DNA from: a candidate division WOR-3 bacterium | Lineage (GTDB): Bacteria > Hydrothermota > 32-111 | DNA: 64,000 nt | Assembly (NCBI GenBank): GCA_039804105.1 | Contig: JBDRZU010000001.1 | Location: forward strand, 1,218,602-1,282,601 | Direction of reading: 5' to 3' | Part shown: positions 60,001-64,000 of the stretch, piece by piece | How the letters are laid out: each line of letters begins with the position of its first letter | Numbering within the stretch: position 1 is the stretch's first letter | Notes under the pieces: model-generated | Database searches by the model: none | The model's input: the letters and a program-made list of their open reading frames with translations, nothing else | What the model was told of the DNA's origin: nothing | Program-made: the position numbers and the translations under genes

Positions 60001-60575
60001 ATCCTGCTTTAAAAAAATATTTTCTTGATAATTTTGATATTCGTCGATTAGAACAATCAGGGAAAAAATATCCTCATCTTGGTATTGATGCTCGTAAAAA
60101 AACAGATAATAAATGGTTTGAAACGCAAGATCAAATTGCCTACTACCCTGAGTTCGAAAAAGAGAAGGTGGTGTGGACTGCTGTAAACAGTAAATATAGC
60201 TTTACCATATTACCCCCTGGATTTTATTTTAATAATTCTATTTTTATGATAACTGGTTGTAACGCTAAATTATGGTGTGCAATATTTAATTCAAAACTTA
60301 TTAGAAAATATATGCAATTTTTATTTGCCTCTGAAGAAAATTATACCTACGCTTCAAAAGAAAATGTAGAAAAAATCCCTATTCCCATTATAACTAATGA
60401 AAATGAAAGTATTGTTAAACAGATAGAAAATTTAGTAGATAAAATTCTTATCGCTAAAAAACAATGTCCTCAAAGTGATATAAAAAGTGATATAAAAAAT
60501 TGGGAGCAAGAAATAGATCAGCTTGTGTATAAATTATATAAATTAAACAAGGAGGAAATATGTTTAGTAAATTAA
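57096..60575 (+). CDS. Eco57I/type IIG-like gamma-class N6-adenine DNA methyltransferase with C-terminal target-recognition domain
   Basis: 1159 aa. Motif I is LDPAVGSGAFP, followed by motif IV VIGNPPYIQ (gamma order). The C-terminal region is TaqI/Eco57I-like (YYGIKTGLNEAFII). I could not identify a nuclease motif in the N-terminal region of about 250 aa. Confidence 0.8.
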   Translation: MGEKEILKKIIEDFDLEKFETFFRRKNDRLRFDRETLSNYGNQNFTDGLKFAEGELDDGEFIVCAYKIQKNLSERSSKKEQYEIGKKILKNYQKDAGIFIFYDKEKNFRFSLIYPIYYGRKRDWSNFKRFTYFVSKQETNKTFLTQIGEGDFSSIEKIKYAFSVEKVTKEFYQEIAYWYFWALKESKFPEDAEIEKNGRNIALIRLITRLIFIWFMRQKGIIKRELFDKKFLETILKDFSPEESTFYPAILQNLFFATLNTPVEDRKFRREERHKGYLNKDYMNHSYYRHHSLFKDSDKMIELFNDIPFLNGGLFECLDKRKDDESNDTGKEIRIDGFSDNPKKQPIVPNFLFFSDEKEVDLNKDFGTKDKRYKVRGIINILNSYNFTIDENTPIDEEVALDPELLGRVFENLLASYNPETSTTARKATGSYYTPREIVDFMVKESLKEYFKTKIENIDEEKLEKVFQYDDSENPFDEKTTKELINAINNLKLLDPAVGSGAFPMGALHQLVNILHKLDPHNKRWKEEQIKAVDYITDPKIKQEMINKIEENFSLNELDYGRKLYLIQNCIYGVDIQPIAIQIAKLRCFISLLVDENVDKNKKNFGIEPLPNLETKFVVTDSLKKLKVETVLRSNDIVQTEIDLTEIRNRYFISSDIREKNKLKKKDSELRKKLAENFLKFGNLSKTDSEKIASWNPYNTDKPADWFDPEFMFGIRDGFDIVIGNPPYIQLQKDSGKLAEEYQSYKYETFARTGDIYTLFYERGIDLLQDNGLLCYITSNKWMRSGYGEKLRCYFTQYNPLLLIDLGPGVFEHATVDTNILLLQKKESKRYDYKLKGLILQKTDKLSIEQQIKENSTKIKKLTKEAWFIGSSAEQKLKEKIEHIGKPLKLWDVKIYYGIKTGLNEAFIITTEKREEILANCKDKEERKRTEAIIKPILRGRDISRYYYEWAGLWVIGTFPALNLNIEEYPALKKYFLDNFDIRRLEQSGKKYPHLGIDARKKTDNKWFETQDQIAYYPEFEKEKVVWTAVNSKYSFTILPPGFYFNNSIFMITGCNAKLWCAIFNSKLIRKYMQFLFASEENYTYASKENVEKIPIPIITNENESIVKQIENLVDKILIAKKQCPQSDIKSDIKNWEQEIDQLVYKLYKLNKEEICLVN

Positions 60576-61069
60576 TTCAATCAATTTTAGTGCTAACTTC
60601 AATAGCACCTGTTTTGCTAACTTTTTGGTTCAAAAACTTTAGTAAAGATTGGAAACCATTTTCTGGTTTTATTTATTTATTTTTTTCATTTCTTTTGATT
60701 ATTTTGCTTGTTATAATAATTAAAATCGCAAAAAGCAAACTTGAAGTTAAAGAAATTTCTATCAATGAAATTTCTAATGCTGATAATGAAAGTGTTATAT
60801 TTATCTTTACATATCTTATTCCTTTATTAAATATAGATGAACCTTTGGTTTTATTTTTATTAGGTCTAACTTTTGTTATTGTATCAACAACTAATATTTA
60901 TCATTTTAATCCATTTCTTGGTTTGTTGGGTTATCATCAATATAAGATGAAATTACAAGAAGGAATGAGTTTTATTTTGATAACAAAAAAAACATTATAT
61001 AATACAAAACAAATAAAAAAAGTAGTACAATTAACCAATTATATTTTGTTAGAAAGGGAGGAATTATGA
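60560..61069 (+). CDS. Four-TM membrane protein, KwaA-like candidate
   Basis: 169 aa with four hydrophobic helices and a cytosolic tail of about 45 aa. The start overlaps the methyltransferase gene by 16 nt, and the end overlaps the next gene by 4 nt. Confidence 0.35.
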   Translation: MFSKLIQSILVLTSIAPVLLTFWFKNFSKDWKPFSGFIYLFFSFLLIILLVIIIKIAKSKLEVKEISINEISNADNESVIFIFTYLIPLLNIDEPLVLFLLGLTFVIVSTTNIYHFNPFLGLLGYHQYKMKLQEGMSFILITKKTLYNTKQIKKVVQLTNYILLEREEL

Positions 61070-61917
61070 ATGTTTATGCAGTTTTAAGAGACTCTGATTC
61101 AAATGGTAGCTGCATTATTAAAAGTATTAGTTTAACCCAAAAGTTACAAAAAGAACTGACGGGTTACATTCCTTTTAAAAGTTATGAAGATGAAAACATA
61201 AAGCAAATTAGATTTTCAGGAGAGTATAAACCAGATGAACAAGAAGTACTTTATATTAACAAATTTTACAATCCTTTTAAAGAGTTTGACTCAATTACTG
61301 ATACATTAAATAAAAGTGATATTGATAATATTAAATTTTTAGCTTTTGTAGATAGTCAAAAAATTGCATATCAATCTTTTGACAGTAGAAAAATAATAAC
61401 ACCTGAAAAGTGGTTTTTAATATATTCCGATAATACCTATTCTAAAATAGATAAGAAAGGGTTAATAATAGATTCCAGAATCGATGCATTATATTTGAAA
61501 AAGGAAGAGAAATTATTATTTTTTTCTTATCGCAATGCAATAAAAATATTTGATTTAGGAAAATATTATCGAGAAGCAACCGAAGACGAGTTAAATTTGT
61601 TTACAAAAGAAGAAATTTTTATATTTAATGAAGGTTTTGATAAAAATCTATTAAGCTCAAAAATGCGAAAAAAAATTTTTATGATACAAAAAAATGAGAT
61701 CTTAACAAAAATTAAAAATAATTTTAACCAAGTAGTAAATTATGCTAAAAAATTAAACGTTGATGAAATGTTTGACAAAAACAATAAAAAAATCATTTTT
61801 CCAAAAGAAAAGAAAAATATAGAAAAATTATTAAATTTTTTGAATGAGGATTTATACGAATCTCCTATTAGTGGTTTAATATACGAGACAAATTCAAAAA
61901 AATTGGTAACTGAATAG
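61066..61917 (+). CDS. DUF4868-like protein, KwaB-like candidate
   Basis: 283 aa. Size, position after a 4-TM protein, and sequence features (FSGEYKPDEQEVLYI, KIFDLGKYYREATEDELNLF) fit my recollection of the DUF4868/KwaB family. Not verified by any search. Confidence 0.4.
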   Translation: MNVYAVLRDSDSNGSCIIKSISLTQKLQKELTGYIPFKSYEDENIKQIRFSGEYKPDEQEVLYINKFYNPFKEFDSITDTLNKSDIDNIKFLAFVDSQKIAYQSFDSRKIITPEKWFLIYSDNTYSKIDKKGLIIDSRIDALYLKKEEKLLFFSYRNAIKIFDLGKYYREATEDELNLFTKEEIFIFNEGFDKNLLSSKMRKKIFMIQKNEILTKIKNNFNQVVNYAKKLNVDEMFDKNNKKIIFPKEKKNIEKLLNFLNEDLYESPISGLIYETNSKKLVTE

Positions 61918-62094
61918 ATTTATTAATTGAACTTTTTTTAACTAAGAAACAACTTTTAACTTTACGATCTATACTTGATTTTATTGAAGTGATATTTTTA
62001 ATTAAAGTTGGCTTATGTTGTTAAAAATTGCTTTGTTGGTTTAGAAAAAAGGATAAAGTTGTTTAAAAGTATAAAGATAAAAAGTAAACTATTA

Positions 62095-62994
62095 TTAATT
62101 TTTAGTACTTGACAAAATATAGTAGATTGAACTTACTTGATTCACGTATGATTCATCTGGATTATATCCATAAAAAATTAATTCAATGTTGTTAAGATCG
62201 ATTTTTTTATATAGATCAATTAAAATTTTTAATCCTTCTTTTAAACTTTCTTCATCACTTAAAGGTTTAATCGATTTTACTTGCATAATACCAGTAGTTC
62301 TTGATTTTTTGCTAAAAAAGAAAAACTTATTTTCTAAAATTCTTATAAATTTTGGCCTATTAAAATTTTCATATATCATAATTGAGAGAATAATGTTTTT
62401 TAAGTTAGGATCTTCAATTTCATTTAAAATTTTAGAAAAATTTTTCTTTAATTTTTGTGCCATTTTGATGATGTAATTTTTTTTTACGTAATCATCCCTT
62501 TGGGAAGTAGAATAATTTTTGTAATTAAAAATACTATAAATATATAAAATTATCAATAACCATAATTCATTTGAAAGTGATTTAATATCAGGAATAATTA
62601 GGTTTTTATTTTTCAGAAGTTTAAAATATGTTATTAAAGAAAATAAAATTATTAAAATGTCGTTTAGTATTTCTTTTTTCCAATTCGTTAAGTAAACTCT
62701 ATCGAAAAAAAATTTATAAAAAATTCTTAATAGTATATAAAAAACAGAGACAAAATAAATGTTTTCTATTAAAAAATTAAAATTTAATACATAAAAAAAA
62801 GCAGATATTATAAACAAAAAAATTGAAGGACCTAAAATTTTATAGACAAAATTAAAAGCAGGAGAGTAAAATTGATCATTTTCAAAATTTAAAGGTTCAT
62901 AACCATAAAAAGAGGATTTTTTTCCAAAAAAATTTATAAAAAAGAACAATATAAAAGAAAAAATTAAATGAAAAACAATTTTAATAATTACCAT
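62095..62994 (-). CDS. Membrane protein of unknown function (N-terminal TM bundle, soluble C-terminal domain)
   Basis: 299 aa with 4-5 TM helices. The C-terminal IYENFNRP...TTGIMQV faintly resembles lytic-transglycosylase motifs, with low certainty. Confidence 0.4.
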   Translation of the reverse strand: MVIIKIVFHLIFSFILFFFINFFGKKSSFYGYEPLNFENDQFYSPAFNFVYKILGPSIFLFIISAFFYVLNFNFLIENIYFVSVFYILLRIFYKFFFDRVYLTNWKKEILNDILIILFSLITYFKLLKNKNLIIPDIKSLSNELWLLIILYIYSIFNYKNYSTSQRDDYVKKNYIIKMAQKLKKNFSKILNEIEDPNLKNIILSIMIYENFNRPKFIRILENKFFFFSKKSRTTGIMQVKSIKPLSDEESLKEGLKILIDLYKKIDLNNIELIFYGYNPDESYVNQVSSIYYILSSTKN

Positions 62995-63108
62995 ATTAAA
63001 AATTTTAATAGATTTTTTTTAAAGTTCAAGATACTGATTAAAAATATTATTATAAGGAAGGTTTTTGAAAAAATATGTGATATCTTTCATTTTAGTTGTT
63101 AACTTTCA

Positions 63109-63131
63109 GGGACGGTGCTTGACTTTTTGAC
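63109..63131 (-). repeat. Conserved intergenic motif, copy g (reverse orientation)
   Basis: Plus strand reads GGGACGGTGCTTGACTTTTTGAC, 114 nt upstream of the 62095-62994 minus-strand gene start. Confidence 0.95.
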
Positions 63132-63370
63132 ATTTTTGGGGTAATGCTGAAAAAATAATAACTTAAAGGAAATAGGAGATAACTGAAAATTATTGTTTTG
63201 TCAGATTAAAATATCTGACATGCTTTATGAAAAACTTTATCAATTATTTCAGAAACGAGAGGTATTTTTTTAGATTAATTTGTTTTGATTTATACTAAAA
63301 TAAATTTTTAAGAACAAAATTTTTTATTTTATTAATTGACAAAATAAAAATTCTAATTAAATTATCACTA

Positions 63371-63793
63371 ATGAATTTTATTAATTTAATTAAAATTCAA
63401 AAAAATAACATAGAAATCATTTTACCCCTTGTTTTTGAAAAAAATAAAATTGAATTAAAAGAGAAATTCCAATCTATCTTGGAAACAGAGAATTTTAATG
63501 TTTTTTGGATTAAAGAAATATTTAAAAACTACAGGGAATTAAAAGTTTTTTTAGAAGAAAAAAATTACAACTTTAAAACAGAAATAAGTATAAATTTTAA
63601 GAAAACAGAGTTTAAAAATAGAACTTATTTTGTAACAATATACAGGACAAGTTTGGTAGGTTTTTCTTCTTTTAATTTTGAAGGGTTTTTGTTAAATGTT
63701 GGAGAAAATTATGATATTGTTAAATGGCTTATAAAATGTAATAAACCTTTCAAAAGAAGGAGGGAGCAAAATGGTTTTTTCCAAAAGATGTAA
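63371..63793 (+). CDS. Hypothetical protein
   Basis: 140-aa ORF, no family recognised. The next gene's AGGAGGGAG RBS is embedded in its 3' end. Confidence 0.4.
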   Translation: MNFINLIKIQKNNIEIILPLVFEKNKIELKEKFQSILETENFNVFWIKEIFKNYRELKVFLEEKNYNFKTEISINFKKTEFKNRTYFVTIYRTSLVGFSSFNFEGFLLNVGENYDIVKWLIKCNKPFKRRREQNGFFQKM

Positions 63794-64000
63794 AAATTTA
63801 ATTGGTTTAAGAAACCTGGAATTAGAATTTAATGAAACAATCAGGAATAGAATTTATAAGCTAATGGAAAAATTTAATTTAAGTCTAGAAAGAGTTACAG
63901 AAAGTAATTATAATTATGTAATTTATTGTTTTGATGAATTAGTTGAAAATATTAAATACACTTATGGTATTATTGAAAATAATATTGATATAAAAAATAT
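63771..64000 (+). CDS. Partial CDS (3' end beyond window), AbiJ N-terminal-domain-like candidate
   Basis: Hand translation from the ATG at 63771, after AGGAGGGAG: MVFSKRCKNLIGLRNLELEFNETIRNRIYKLM.... The FSKR...(I)RNR(I/L) pattern resembles AbiJ-NTD-type abortive-infection N-termini. The frame is open to the window end. Confidence 0.3.
   Translation, partial: MVFSKRCKNLIGLRNLELEFNETIRNRIYKLMEKFNLSLERVTESNYNYVIYCFDELVENIKYTYGIIENNIDIKN

Noticed and set aside
53645-60575. Calling the helicase/methylase pair DISARM class 1 or BREX.
   Set aside because: No DrmA (DUF1998 helicase) or DrmB gene is present, and no BrxA/B/C, PglZ or BrxL gene is in or next to the operon. Only component-level similarity exists.

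Overview
AT-rich bacterial chromosomal window; I cannot name the organism. Five secreted proteins end in a type IX secretion (T9SS)-style C-terminal sorting domain, so it is probably a T9SS-bearing lineage. Core content, in order: a DtxR-FeoABC iron operon, groES-groEL, a minus-strand cpsB-like/ptsN/mnmG operon, and a 23S-5S rRNA operon. The rRNA operon has no 16S gene upstream and carries two consensus tandem promoters. Its 23S gene is split in helix 69 by a 679-nt group I intron that encodes a LAGLIDADG homing endonuclease. Further along are mscL, a sugar-modification/polysaccharide block (DegT aminotransferase, Gfo/Idh/MocA oxidoreductase, polyprenyl sugar transferase, ABC exporter), then pdxJ, folC, a PBP-like transpeptidase, an NFACT/RqcH-like protein and iorAB. 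Accessory content: (1) a cluster of large LVIVD / FG-GAP T9SS cargo genes at 10.6-18.3 kb. (2) A 1258-aa LVIVD protein at 49.5-53.3 kb with about 13 near-identical 132-bp repeats. (3) A defence-type operon at 53.6-61.9 kb with four genes: a PLD-SNF2 helicase, an Eco57I-like gamma N6-adenine methyltransferase with a specificity domain, a 4-TM protein and a DUF4868-like protein (a Kiwa-like pair). More candidate defence genes follow to the window edge. The most unusual signal is a perfectly conserved 23-24 nt intergenic motif, GTCAAAAAGTCAAGCACCGTCCC, present in seven copies that bracket the accessory modules. No recombinase is visible in the window. Other notable signals are a pentanucleotide repeat that puts a strong promoter/RBS/ATG out of frame with a large T9SS cargo gene (candidate phase variation), mosaic cytosine-depleted composition inside the cargo genes, and a stand-alone 21-codon lysine-rich peptide gene missed by the ORF track. 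All family assignments come from motif recognition by eye; no database search was run.
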